Shown in pieces: positions 53,201 through 64,000 of a stretch of DNA of 64,000 nucleotides. Position numbers and translations under genes: made by a program. The stretch comes from Botryllus schlosseri (Eukaryota): contig CM119371.1 in assembly GCA_051294905.1 (NCBI GenBank), forward strand, positions 3,784,001 through 3,848,000, read 5' to 3'. Each line of letters starts with the position of its first letter. Position 1 is the stretch's first letter. The notes under the pieces were generated by a model. The model saw only the letters and a list, made by a program, of their open reading frames with translations. It was not told the origin of the DNA and ran no database searches.

Positions 53201-56200
53201 GGTAACATATGTGGTCACTAAACCATGTTATTAGGGCCACTTAAAGCTACCGAGTACCGTAGTGGTACGCTACAACGATGTAGCAACAATGGGCCGTTCG
53301 GCATTCCGACATTTCAATCACCATGACACATTCAATAATATATTTATTTGATACATTTATATTTTTTCTGCTCCCATATTTGAAGATATTTGGCCATGAG
53401 ATTATTATTAGCCTACTTATCAGAAGTATACCCAAATCCTGGATTGGAATTACAATGCTCAACCTAAAAGTGTTTTGATATCAGATCAGTCTCTATTATC
53501 AATTTGTTAAATTCAAAATATTCATAGTAGCTACAAAATTATAACCCTATAGCTTTTATGATGGCATCATACATTAGTCCGCCCATATGGTGTCTATATC
53601 TTTTATTTTATATATATCAAGTACAAAAACAATTCAATTCCAATATTGATAGATGTGATGATTCTTTTCGTCCCAGACCTAAATTGATACAAGAGTGAAT
53701 CCGATTTTGACTATGTGTGTTTACTGACAGTCTGCTGGATCGGCTCACTTTCAATAGGACAATTCATTCCCGCCAAATAAGGCCTAATTGGAAAGACATA
53801 GAATACTCCTAAAAATGCTGCGGCCCGCGGCTTCGTCAAAACTGGAAAACTGGCCCGCGAGCACATTTGAGTTTGAGACCTCTGGTGTAGAATGTTGGTT
53901 TCGTGTTTCTACATCTCATGCAAGAGGTAGACATTTCCAATGTGATACAAATCATATCTTAGCGTGGCGTTAGAACAGTGGTTCTAGACGTTAAACCTCC
54001 CAGAACAATCCCCAAAAAGATGCCACTTTAGCGTAAAATTATACTTTCGAGTTCTTCAAAAAGTACTTCATTGCTGACCTCACATGCGTATTCATGAGAG
54101 TGTATTATTACTAGCACCTAAACAATAGAGACAGCTTTTTCAGATGACTCGGCGTTTCAAAACTGTGAATTTACTCGTGACACAGAACAAAATTCACGGC
54201 TATATCACACATAAATTAAACACAAACGAAATATTTAGAGCTTACCGCTTATGTTGACGTATACTACAAAAAATCCAATAGCAATATGCCTCTGATCTGT
54301 ACACTCCTCACATTTCCCCACCAGTGCTCACTTTCAGCAACTTTTGTATGATTTGATTCGATCAGATATAGTTTACATGCACTTATGTTCATATTACTCG
54401 TCGACTCGTCGTCAGAGCATCAAACAAATTCTGATGCCGTCATATAGTTACATGTCTTGTCAGATGCCATGACACATCGAATGACACTGATGGATGTGCT
54501 ACTGTAATCCGGCCGCTAACAGTCATTAATACCATCTTTGATCGGCAACAAATAGTCACCAACCAAACCAAATGCCAAGAACCTATGTGCGAGCCACCAA
54601 TTACAAAGCGCTAAGACACAATTAAATATCGTATATATTGATATTGAAATGAACCTGATTATTTTGGCTGACACTGACACTCGCCAGCCAACTAAACTAG
54701 TAGAGAATTGGTTGCTAGTTGCTGAGGATTACTCTTGAGGAGTTTCATCCGAAAATAATCGGGTTCATTTCAATATGGATCATATACAGTGGCGGCTCGT
54801 GACAATATCGGGTGGTGGGGCAAGGGCTGCGAGCGACTTTTATCAACATGACGTCACAATGGCGTTTTCCAACCTAAAAAAGTAACTTTAATATGATGGT
54901 CACATGAATTTCCCGACAACAGTGATTTTAACGTAGGTGCCGCGAGAGGTTTGCCGGTGAGCCGTGACTTGAAGTGTGGTAACAAATGTTTTATTCATTT
55001 TTTTTAATCAAAGGATTATTTTACATAATGTACGTGAACTAAGAATCGTCCCTATGCCACGAATCAATTATCAGGTCATCCTTAGTAGCATGCGTTATGA
55101 TTTCATGGTAGAGTTAGAGATTACGCAAATCGATAGGCCGTCCGAGAGTGTTTCGTACCCGATCCTGGTGTGTTACGACCACTGAGCTGGTGGTTACGAG
55201 TTACGACCAGGTGATAGGCAACCAAAGCGGAGGTACCCGGCGTACGATTGGATCAATGGACTGGACAATTTCTATCATCATCATCATTGGTTTATTAGCA
55301 ATTTTATCAGTTCAATACACCACAAAAATGCGATACAATGAAAAGACAGGAATATGTCGAAGCGACAAGGAGTAGTCTTCTAGACCTTTAATTTTCGCTC
55401 TAAAGGCAACTGCGTAAACTAGCCTACGTACGGAGCAAAGATTCAATACGATTCATGTTCGCACTTGACTTGACCAGACTAATTCCAATGACTAGAACTC
55501 GAGAGATTGCGTAAGCCTAACTGCAAAGGTCAACGACTTCGGACACATACGCAATTGTTATCTCATAGATTGGGCATGTCATATTGAATCCAGAACATCA
55601 ATTTGAATGGTCTTTGAAGAACTAAGGACAGCAGCCTCGGAACTTCGGTCTCGGAACAACATAGTACATTTTGGCCTTGAAACTGGAGATTGTGACGCAA
55701 CACATACGGCTTACTGTCTGCTGCCAAATCGGCGTTGGAAAATATATTAATCAATAAATACATGAATGAAAGCCGTAAACTTAGCATACTGTTACATGAA
55801 ATCATCGAGAAGTAGCATTCGCAATCTCATAACCCATTCCGGCATGGTACACTGTCAAAATCAATACAAACAGACGAACACCGAACTTTGAGTAAAATAG
55901 ATCGAGGAATAGGCTGATCGAATGATCAGCTGTTAGCCGACATCGAAAATGAAATAGCTATCGCATTTGACAGGGGATTGTAAGCAAATGGTTTGAAGGC
56001 CACAATTTCACAGTGAAATGCACATTGGCGAACATAAAATTATGTGAATATTTGAATGCAAACCGAGAATCTTAGTTAGCTGTGTCATGCGATCATCGAG
56101 ATATACCATTGGAAATATCATCACCGATCTCGTTATGGAACGCAGACTAGATTAGCACAGACAGACACCGGCTTTTCCGTGAGATCCGCAATGATGTAGG

Positions 56201-59200
56201 TAGGCTAAGTATCAGATCAGCGCGCATCTCTACCATACTCGACCTCGAAAACGAAATAACTGCATCAATCATTGAGCGTCAACTTTAAGACTTGGCACCG
56301 CGTTCGATACTAAAATCAAGACATACCGTGCAAAAGCTCATGACAGATCTAGGTATGGAACATCGTTAAAATCAATAGAGACCAATAACGGCTTTTGCGT
56401 AAATCTGTTAGCGATAAATGAAGAGTCAGCTCTCACTCGACTTTGGAAACGAAATTACCACCCACATAGTTCAGTGACAAACTTAAAACTTATTACAGCG
56501 GTCGATACCAACATTAAGACTTACTGTGCCAAATATCATGACCGATCTCGGTATGGAACATCGTCAAAATCAATGGAGACCAATACCGGCTTTTGAGTAA
56601 AATCTGTTTGCTGTACAATGTACATGATAGATCAGCACACACTGAATTTCGGAAACGAAATTACCACCCTTATCTTTGAGTAGCAAGCCTGAAACTTGGA
56701 GCAGTGCTAAATACTACCTTCACGACATATCGTACCAAGTTTCAAGAATTATCATGGTGCGAAACACCGTCAAAATCGACATATACCAGCAAAGGTCGAG
56801 TCAACGCATATCACGGTAACCGAGTTCAGATATAGATACGATTGTTACATCACACCTTAAGGGCGACAGGCATAGTTGCCCCACTTGCTCGGCCATTTTA
56901 CGAATAGGAGAGAGTAAATCACCGTTTCTTTATTGTGCGCGGCTTTGAGAGAATAGATAGTGAAAGCTTGTTATGAGCGCTACCGGGGCAAGCCCCGACT
57001 AGGCATTCACAAAGCGAAAACACAGAAGAGAATTCGATTTTCGCAGAGACTTCGCTATGAATGGGCATTTGTTAGCGAAAGCACAAGAATAATGCGGGTT
57101 TCGCCGTGATCTCGGTATATACTGATTGCTGTGCGTCTATAAATGGTTAAATTGTTATTGAACAGAATTTTAGGTGGGGCAATGCCCCAGTTGCCCTATA
57201 GGACGAGCCGCCACTGATCATATACTATCCAACTGCATATTGAAGTTATGTACCTTCAAAAATTTCTAAAGTTCTGACGACATGAACTTGTTTTGATCTG
57301 CTGTAACGCCTCATTGATTATACCATAGATATCCCAAAGCTTGCACATAATGAATACACTAGGCCTGATGTTATAATAAATCTCCAGACGGGACGGCTTC
57401 CGTTGAACGCGGTATCCAACCCACCTTGGCGTGTACGACATATTTCCTTCATAACATCGGCTGACTACTATATAAAGTTCGATCTCTGCGTGACTGCTGG
57501 AACGTGCTGCAACTCTGGAAATTTCAATACATTACAGCTCCATTACGGTGGCGTTCTGAACAGAACGGCTGCGGCTTCGACATCTTCATGTCCATTCATT
57601 GTATCGCATTTTTTTGTGGTGTATTGAACTGATAAAATTGCCAATAAACCAATTATGATGATGATGACATGGAAAGATTGTTACATTTGATCATGTTTTT
57701 GGGGGGATTCAATTTCAAAAATGAGCATGAAATTGTATATCCAATTTGACGTGCGCAATACGACCGACTCCTCATGGGCCAGATGTCACAATTCCATTGC
57801 CTTTCAAAAAATTTACCAATAGTTGAAGAAGATTCTCTCGGTGGGAGCCATTTTCTGGCGTATGTTCTAAGCATTAGTGTGATGGTGATCAGCAGCTATA
57901 TAGAGTTAAATCTGGCTGAGCTAAATAAATTTGTCATAAATTTGAATTTACCAAAGGAATCTGCACTTATTGTAGATTTCATATAAAAAGCAAGGCGTGT
58001 TCTCGGCACCAATACCACTTCTTCACCTCCGAACCTTCTTTTGTCTATTGTGTCGTTGTTCAAGGTCTTATAGAGACATTCGGAACTGTGAATTGCGCCT
58101 CCTTATGTAGGCATCAAGCCTCAAAGCTGTTTTATCGCACAATACAAATCATTGTTCGTCTATCTCCGTATCTGGTACAACTATGCAAGGGGTCTTACGA
58201 AATTATTAAACATTTGATTTCAAATTTGGAAAATATTGTTCAAACTACTCATTTCCCATGTACGTATTCCCCATGTACTATTGCATCAAGGCATCGACTG
58301 TGTACTTCGTTGTGGTTTTTCTATTTTCGTTTTTTGTACAAACCACCATAACTAGTAAGCAGTAGTGTATGTATCTATTCTATATACTTGTTTCTAAGCT
58401 CCTACATTCCGGTTTGACATGAATGATCGTAAGGATCATATCGCCGGCACCTGTCTATACCGTTATAGAGCCAGTTACACGCTATAATTACTGCGTATGT
58501 GTTGTTATTATTACTGTGTGTTATTTTGTTTTGTTGTGTATATTTTTTTTTTGCATACTCATTCTGTTTATTCCGGTTGACGAAGAAATAAATCTCTGTC
58601 TCTATCTCTTACTCAAACATGTGAAGTTTCCGTAGATTTTGAACTCATAAATATGCTACTGGTTCAACTGTCTAGAACTACGAGGTATCCTTGTTTTATT
58701 TGCGAATGGGACAGTAGAAATCATTCAATTAAACGTAAGTGGCCGATGAGGGAGTATCTTGCACCAGGCTCTACAACGTTTCAGAGCCTGCTCTGGTCGA
58801 CAGATCTAACGTTGTATTTCCCCAATGATAGCCTATATCAAACCATCTCATGAAAAAGTTTTCTAAATGCTCTTTTCAAAGAGATTTCACGTTATTAATG
58901 CATCCACGAAAAGTTTCCTCAGTCGAGTTAATACAATAGACTATGTATATTTGTTGTACCTCGATCAGAACACTCACCAAAACCCCCTATTTCCTGTTAG
59001 GAAAGCGTATTTGGAAAAGCTACATGACTATCTTTAATGGAAGTTGCATCTAAATTTCTTGGAAACACCAAGGATCGTGATTATTTGGAGGGTAGAGCTT
59101 AAGACAATGAAACCTCCAATCCAATAAAGTAAGGATGGGGCTTTGTTGGACGCCAGTGCCTCACCAACTATGAACCTCACCGCACGTCACTCGTGTACCA

Positions 59201-60556
59201 TAATTTTTTAAGGGTGTAGTACTAGGCTCAGGTTTTATTGGTATACTGGGGAGTTCCAGATCCAGATTACAATGGACTCGCCATCACAATCCATATTACA
59301 GTGGATTACCTCGAACCTTTGCGATAAGGTATGTGTGAACAAGTACGTTATCCTTTGACGTCACGTGACGCCATATTGCTGATTACAACCCCACTCCCTA
59401 CACTTCAATATTCACGATACCCAGTTACGACTCAGGCCAGATTATGCCACAATGCTAAAGTACGTGCCGACAGCAATCCCGACAATCTATTCGGCATCTG
59501 ATTCTCTCATCAAGTCACAATTTTTCGCAAAAATCGAATAACATTTTTGCTCAAAAACTGCTATGATAAATATCTTAAGTTACTAATAATAGCATATGGA
59601 TCTCACCGAAATACCATTGAAAAGCCGTAACTTGCAAATGATATATCTAATTGAAGTTTTGCATGCTCAAATAAGGCAAGCAGCATGATTAGTAGGCTAC
59701 AGGTTTTTACGGACCTAATGTGGCGCACACGACGAATCCCATGTATATTGGGTTCGAATTAGTTCTAGCATGACGTCACGACTTTTAATTATGACGTAAC
59801 AGATTATTGACATGTATTACTCTTTGGGAGTTTGAACGAGAAAATAGGGTCAATATGGCTCTGCGCAAAAAAAGAGGTTCCCGACCCCTGCTTTAAATAT
59901 TTGGCCACATGATCGAGCAATCGCGGTGCTTGAATGAAATCCAGGTACATCGTCTCAAAGTTCATCACTAATGGCCTTCATTGCGTTTAATCGAAGTACC
60001 AACATGATGATGCCCCATAACACTAACAAAATTATCATGACTACTTTTTCACACATTTTGCTAGTCCTTGAAAAAGTGCCTCGAGGTGGACCATTCTCCC
60101 CAATTGAGACCCCATATCGGATGAAAAATCATTCAACTTACCATGACTCGATGGAGTAGCTTCTCCTTCAGAACTGGTAAAGTTGAACACATTTTTTACG
60201 TTCGTCTGATTTCCGGCCACAAGGTTAACCGGGCTCTTGGTGAACATCAGATTAACATTTTCACCTTGAGCCAAGGTTGCAGATCCTAAAACACAAGTGA
60301 GTATTGTACTGCGTGCCTGGTTACATACATGTTATTGTCATTAAATAAATTGGGATTATATTATATTCTTCGGTATTTTTCTGTATATTCTTTACACAGC
60401 GAGCGAAATGTGCTGAATTTGAATAACTATACAACTGTTTAATAAGTGGTCTGCGCTAAAAAACAACAGAAATTACTTACCCCTTGCTTGCGGTGATAAT
60501 GACGCAGGCATTTCTTCAGCGACACCAGAATCATGATCTTGACCCCCTTCTGCCAT
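29206..60556 (-). CDS. Multi-exon NLR (RHIM-like motif / NACHT / degenerate LRR), ~919 aa if the exon-4 transposon is removed; this allele is disrupted
   Basis: Manual model: join(60481-60556, 60142-60285, 49302-50744, 46682-47580 minus a 597-bp insertion, 43298-43402, 40708-40809, 40048-40203, 37421-37588, 34424-34613, 31298-31349, 29206-29227). All junctions are GT..AG with intron phases 1,1,1,0,0,0,0,0,1,2, giving 2760 nt in one open frame. The terminal exons are less certain than the NACHT exon. Confidence 0.7.
31298..31349 (-). CDS. Putative small exon (VDREPDAWKRLDMDFHR)
   Basis: ttatttcag acceptor, gtgagt donor, phase 1 to 2, compatible with the upstream exon. Confidence 0.5.
31779..32088. 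mobile_element. Charlie-like hAT MITE
   Basis: Right end GGTTGAGAACCACTG; TSD ATCTAAAG/ATCTATAG. Confidence 0.7.
34424..34613 (-). CDS. Putative NLR C-terminal exon (IEYTRCILPYPASLDDISSLVNNSNLKKVTMVYW...ELEVLK)
   Basis: ctcactgcag acceptor, strong aag|gtgagt donor, open frame, LRR-like NSNLKKVTM. Confidence 0.6.
35137..36750. mobile_element. hAT-type element with ~500-bp diverged TIRs and a ~580-bp unique interior
   Basis: TAGGGGTGTTC...AACACGCCTA; arms ~35137-35660 and ~36240-36750; partial TSD (cctagcac/aggagcac). Confidence 0.8.
37421..37588 (-). CDS. Putative degenerate-LRR exon (LDLLDIAVNGLIPVQDYSRILERG...EACRQNK)
   Basis: cattttag acceptor, gtagta donor, 168 nt, phase 0-0, LxxLDIxxN pattern. 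Confidence 0.6.
37884..38123 (+). repeat. Recent 125-bp-period tandem duplication
   Basis: Two near-identical ~112-bp copies separated by a short partial copy (tgcgtgcacagta). Confidence 0.9.
39080..39320 (+). repeat. Dispersed repeat; inverted copy at ~57320-57560
   Basis: Shared gcagagatcgaactttatatagt.gtcagcc.atgttatga.ggaaatatgtc in opposite orientations. Confidence 0.8.
40048..40203 (-). CDS. Putative NLR C-terminal exon (DSNLTLNRVYAAADVAFLGILFDAEFIKFKEQIQLLANQDDLQKLSECKLNK)
   Basis: ttttgcag acceptor, gtatta donor, 156 nt, phase 0-0. Confidence 0.55.
40708..40809 (-). CDS. Putative NLR C-terminal exon (VVKLTVEEIWLAELKNEEDVIMISRGVLGHFTIK)
   Basis: ttcag acceptor, gttggt donor, 102 nt, phase 0-0, open frame. 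Confidence 0.5.
41291..41790. mobile_element. hAT MITE
   Basis: TAGGGCTGGA...TCCAGCCCTA termini; TSD decayed. Confidence 0.65.
42304..43153. mobile_element. Older diverged member of the TAGGGCTGTT hAT MITE family
   Basis: Inverted arms; TSD AAGCAGAG/ATGCAGAG. Confidence 0.8.
43298..43402 (-). CDS. LRR exon (VKKVDLRGNKLSATALRSLLRHRRIESLSGKLDWE)
   Basis: ttccag acceptor, gtgaga donor, 105 nt, phase 0-0, LRR pattern VxxVxLxxNxL. Confidence 0.8.
44811..45362. mobile_element. GACTCGAGTC-rich hAT MITE nested in a TAATTG-rich element
   Basis: CAGGG...CCCTG termini; perfect TSD ATTGTAGT. Confidence 0.9.
46682..47580 (-). CDS. HD2/first-LRR exon of the NLR, split by a transposon
   Basis: Reads VSTRSLKKRFLARSIRSHLKEDNKHVRMELYTAIYESGDDDLMKQISDINAYDISLSRDEAHI, then the TE, then VGSLAARSESLRSLGLCNCNINDELLSIITGCLEKRIH. 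Contains an LxxLxLxxCxI LRR. Acceptor ctgacag, donor gtgagt. Confidence 0.85.
46804..47393. mobile_element. 590-bp foldback (near-palindromic) non-autonomous DNA transposon, P-superfamily-like, inserted in the NLR exon
   Basis: Termini TATAGAAATTAAACATGG...CCATGTTTAATTTCTATA, near-identical arms, perfect 7-bp TSD ATATGAG (46797-46803 and 47394-47400). Confidence 0.9.
48222..48792. mobile_element. hAT MITE with CCGATA subterminal repeats
   Basis: TAGAGGTCGGCCGAT...ATCGGTCGACCTCTA termini. Confidence 0.8.
49302..50744 (-). CDS. NACHT NTPase exon of the NLR
   Basis: 486-aa ORF with Walker A ASAGSGKTT, Walker B AVLIFDGLDQ, sensor-1 IVITSR, IPVF and winged-helix motif FFFCHQSLQEFLAA. Acceptor ttccag at 50745 and donor gtgagg at 49301. 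Confidence 0.95.
52671..53884. mobile_element. Charlie-like hAT element
   Basis: CAGAGGCCTCAAAC...GTTTGAGACCTCTG termini, GCGGCCC subterminal motifs, perfect TSD GTGTAGAA. Confidence 0.9.
54787..57216. mobile_element. 2.4-kb non-autonomous hAT element with internal ~200-bp tandem repeats
   Basis: CAGTGGCGGCTCGT...ACGAGCCGCCACTG termini, perfect TSD ATCATATA, diverged repeats at ~55840-56790. Confidence 0.9.
58635..59090 (+). pseudogene. Degenerate CMC/Chapaev3-like transposase fragment
   Basis: Frameshifted translation gives LLVQLSRTTRYPCFICEWDSR..IKRKWPMREYLAPG and EKATWLSL..ASKFLGNTKDRDY. These match the GYTKYxCFLCxWDSR and AWxSFxxVVxNFLGN motifs I recall for this family. Confidence 0.7.
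60142..60285 (-). CDS. Second coding exon with RHIM-like motif (GSATLAQGENVNLMFTKSPVNLVAGNQTNVKNVFNFTSSEGEATPSSH)
   Basis: Acceptor gtgttttag, donor gtaagt, 144 nt, phase 1-1, open frame that joins in phase to the NACHT exon. Confidence 0.65.
60481..60556 (-). CDS. First coding exon of the NLR (MAEGGQDHDSGVAEEMPASLSPQAR)
   Basis: ATG in ACCATGG Kozak context, consensus donor gtaagt, phase 1 matching the next exon. Confidence 0.65.
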
Positions 60557-60902
60557 GGTATTAATAGCGTGGTACTAATCAGCTAGCGTATATGACAATA
60601 CTGGAAATATATATATCAATTACATTTCGTAAAGGATTATGTACATCATGTCGTGACTATCAGTTCCAACTGATATGATGCATCTGATAAATATGTTATA
60701 TATCAGCAATTCTCAGCCGCCAAAATTGAACCGGTGTCGGTCGGTTTCAAGTTTATCGCCGGTCGGTCAAATATATTACAATATCACATATCAATTGAAA
60801 ACGCACGAGGATGGTCCCTTGTCTAGAGAAATGGAACGTCAAATTTGCAAATGATCTAGGATTTAGGAATACGGAATCCGTTATGTTGTAATAATGTGCA
60901 TG

Positions 60903-60985
60903 GCAGTGGCGGCTCGTGACAATATCGGGTGGTGGGGCAAGGGGTGTATATGCGATTTTTGTTGTCCAAATGACGTCACACTGGC
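60903..60985 (+). mobile_element. Left end of a second CAGTGGCGGCTCGT-family element
   Basis: First ~38 bp identical to 54787; the right end was not found in the window. Confidence 0.7.
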
Positions 60986-61981
60986 TTATTCCGGTGTGAA
61001 AATGTGACTTCATGGTGGTCGCACACATTTTGTATGGGGTATAGAGTATAGACATTAGGCATGGTTAACTAGCCTTACGTATTTCAAATTATTGGGAAGA
61101 AAACATGAATTACAGTAGTTATTGCCTGCATATTTTAACGTTTGTATCAGTAGCCTAATGCGCGCGGCGTGATTTCATAGTTGCAAAATGTTCCGTGATG
61201 AATTAATCTCGAATAACTAGAATGACACCGCTGAGAAGATATCTTTTCACATCCCGATTCTAAGGAAGGCCCCGGTGCGCGTTAATGTGCTAAAATCACG
61301 CTCGGATTGTGCAGATAAAATCGGGGTGGACAATATGGTAATGAAAAAGATAGTTGCTGCTGCAAAGTTGATAGGAAGCGATTTTTTGACTATAGGAATT
61401 TTGAAAGTTCACTAGTGGTTAGTCCTGGGTACTGCTTCGGAAAAATGTATTGGAATATAAACTCGAGCCGAGCAATGCCGACCATCGGGTAATATTGATC
61501 GAGACACTGTTTGCAGCAGACTACATGCTTCAGATCACGATATCTTATTTCGTTTCAACTAGAGGCACTGCCTCTGGTACCAGCACTGTAAACGTGTATA
61601 ATAAGGCGTCATTATCCTCGCTCATACGTCAGTCATTCATTTTTATCGAAATAAGATAATAGTCCCCTTTCCTCCTGCGTACGATTATATCAATGGCATC
61701 AATGATATGATAGCCATCGAAGTTAGGGAATTTTTAGATTCTTACTGCACTAACTCAATGACTATATTCACGATATTGCAGATCGATTTGCAAGAGAAGC
61801 CGCAAACATCGCAAATGAAACCACGACCTACGATTTACCGCTAACAGACGCGACAACGTTACCCAGCAAACACTCGATTTCCAGTTGACTTCCTGCGGAA
61901 TAGCCGCAGGGCGCCCAGTGTTACTTCCCTGGAGTGGATTTGTCGACTACTAGAAGCGTCCTAAACACTTCCTGAGTTGGT

Positions 61982-62100
61982 CTACTATGGACGTGAAGCT
62001 ACTCCATATGGACTCTTTGGATCTGCTGTGAACGTGACTTGACTCCCTATGGATGCGTCAGACCTACTGTGGACGTGACGTGACTCCCTATGGATATGTC
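61982..62100 (+). repeat. ~41-bp tandem repeat, 3 copies
   Basis: ctac/gtrtgracgtga..tgactcc.tatgga units. Confidence 0.7.
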
Positions 62101-64000
62101 ATTTACCACCTGTTCTATTCCTCGGGATTACCATATCAGGACTCCCCTCCACACCTGGTGCAATTACATGGAATTCAACATCATATAAACTAACGAACTG
62201 TTTATATTGGGTTACTGGAAAACGACAATTGCAAAATACAAGTACAACATTAACTAATGAACTATTACTTGTTAACAAAGTTCAGGCTTACGTGAAAAAT
62301 CGATCAGGAAATCACTACGAATAAATGTGTCAGTGGGATTTTGTATATAACAGCAAGTTCTAAGTCAATTTTATATTACCATTACAAACATTTCAATTGA
62401 AGTGCATCATGAAATTAGAAATAAACGTGTCACATGACTTTGAAAAAGTACAACTGCTAATACAACTAAAACAGGGAAAAGCATGAAGCAATCATAAGTA
62501 ATAATTTACATTGCATATGATAAAACGATGCATCATTTGCACTGCATCATGTTAAGAGCGCGAGCGCGTATTCGCAATAAACTTGGTTGCAAAAACAGTT
62601 TTCTTCTTGGTCTTTGTTTTGCCTGAAACATATACAACAATGTCAGCAGATCATTTGGAATTTGTGTCAGGGCTTCAATTTCTATTTCCTCGTGCATTAA
62701 TTGTGATATGTCTTGTTATCCGCTACCGCTACTTCTACTTGTGCTGAGTGATAATTTATGACGATACTACCATGTCTACTCGAGTGCGGGAAGCTTCTGA
62801 CGTAGTGATACGGAGTATGCAACCCGTCAATCAAATTAAATTGTGGAAACACTTCAAGTACATACTTCAGTACTTTCCAGAACTTCTACTTTACCTAAAA
62901 TAGTTTTGATAAGCCGTGTATATCGCTGCTTGAGTGCTTGAACCCGAGTAGAAATACATTGCGTTACTCTTACTTGTACTAGACTACTGACGCTACAAAT
63001 ATTTCTAATTGAGTGCTGAAAATGGTTACTTTCCTTATCTCTGTTTAAAAGCATACAACTACGAAATTCCTCAGGTCTCCATATTTTGACCGTGTCAACA
63101 CTTGGAAGTAGTTTGATGTCTTGTAAATCGCTATTTATACTATTTAGTACGGTACTAACGATGAACACTTTGACCACCTTCATTTCGAACTTACCACCTA
63201 CTACAACTAGGGCTTGCCACGGATCTGAATAGAGTAACGATAAGTCGAAACAGATGATCTTTTAGGGTACATAAATTGTACTCAACAAGAATTAGAATTC
63301 CGATTCTATGTACCACTGCGAGGCCTAAAAACATCGATTGGTCATATCGCAGAACACGGAACATGTAGGACGTAGCTACGCACGATCGTGTCAATGACAA
63401 ATGTATTGTCTCAAAGTACAATGAAATAGGAATTATCTTAAATCTGAAAAACTTTCTTCGATGTAATGTAGAGCCGGTATTCATTTTCTTTGAAGTCGCA
63501 TAGGAGATAGATATTTCAACTTTTCCTTGTTCTTAATGTTGTCACATCATATAGAGCAGAGGCTTCAAATTCAAATGTGGTCGCAGCTCGCAGGTCATTT
63601 TCCAGAATTTTGACGACGCAGCAAGATAAGGATATTCAATGTATAATTTCCATGTAGGCCTTATTTGACGGGAGCTTGCAGACAAGCATTCCACAAACAT
63701 CTCGAGAATGTAATTTACTATTGTATCATTCACGTTTGACACGAAAAAAAAGTTTTGAATATTTCAATAAAATTATTTTTGTGCTGGGCATAATTTGTTA
63801 AAATAATGAGTTATAGAGATAATGCAATATGATGCATCATGACATCGTCAAACTCTGGGTTATAATATTGCAGTTGGTGGACCTTTGACGTGTCACAGTT
63901 TTTTGTAGGGTATTTTAAAATCTACTGAAATTTGATCTGGTATTTGAGCATTTGAGCGATGTAGCCTAATCCGGGTTTTGATATAGTCGTGATAAGTAGG

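Noticed and set aside
57653..58090. Possible decayed death-domain exon (..RKWLPPRESSSTIGKFFE..)
   Set aside because: The resemblance is faint, there are in-frame stops, and there are no phase-compatible splice sites.
62854..63183. 109-aa ORF
   Set aside because: Overlaps a CTACT/AGTAG-rich repeat family seen elsewhere in the window; no domain.

Overview
This window is AT-rich, intron-rich eukaryotic DNA, not prokaryotic. It looks like a marine invertebrate, possibly a tunicate (inference only). Most of the short ORFs in the track are noise. The main feature is one minus-strand NLR-type gene (NACHT plus degenerate LRRs) spanning about 29.2-60.6 kb. I can assemble it by eye into 11 phase-compatible GT-AG exons encoding about 919 aa. 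The modelled N-terminus has no death-fold domain; instead it carries a short N/Q/V-rich RHIM/cRHIM-like motif on its own exon. Exon 4 is interrupted by a young 590-bp foldback transposon with a 7-bp TSD, and removing it restores the reading frame exactly. The rest of the window is a dense nest of non-autonomous DNA transposons: many hAT MITEs with 8-bp TSDs, P/Galileo-like foldbacks with 7-bp TSDs, TIR elements carrying telomere-like G-rich repeats, and a Chapaev3-like transposase relic. The first ~22 kb holds decayed, duplicated minus-strand exons, including a C-type-lectin-like remnant. I found no rRNA, tRNA or CRISPR features.
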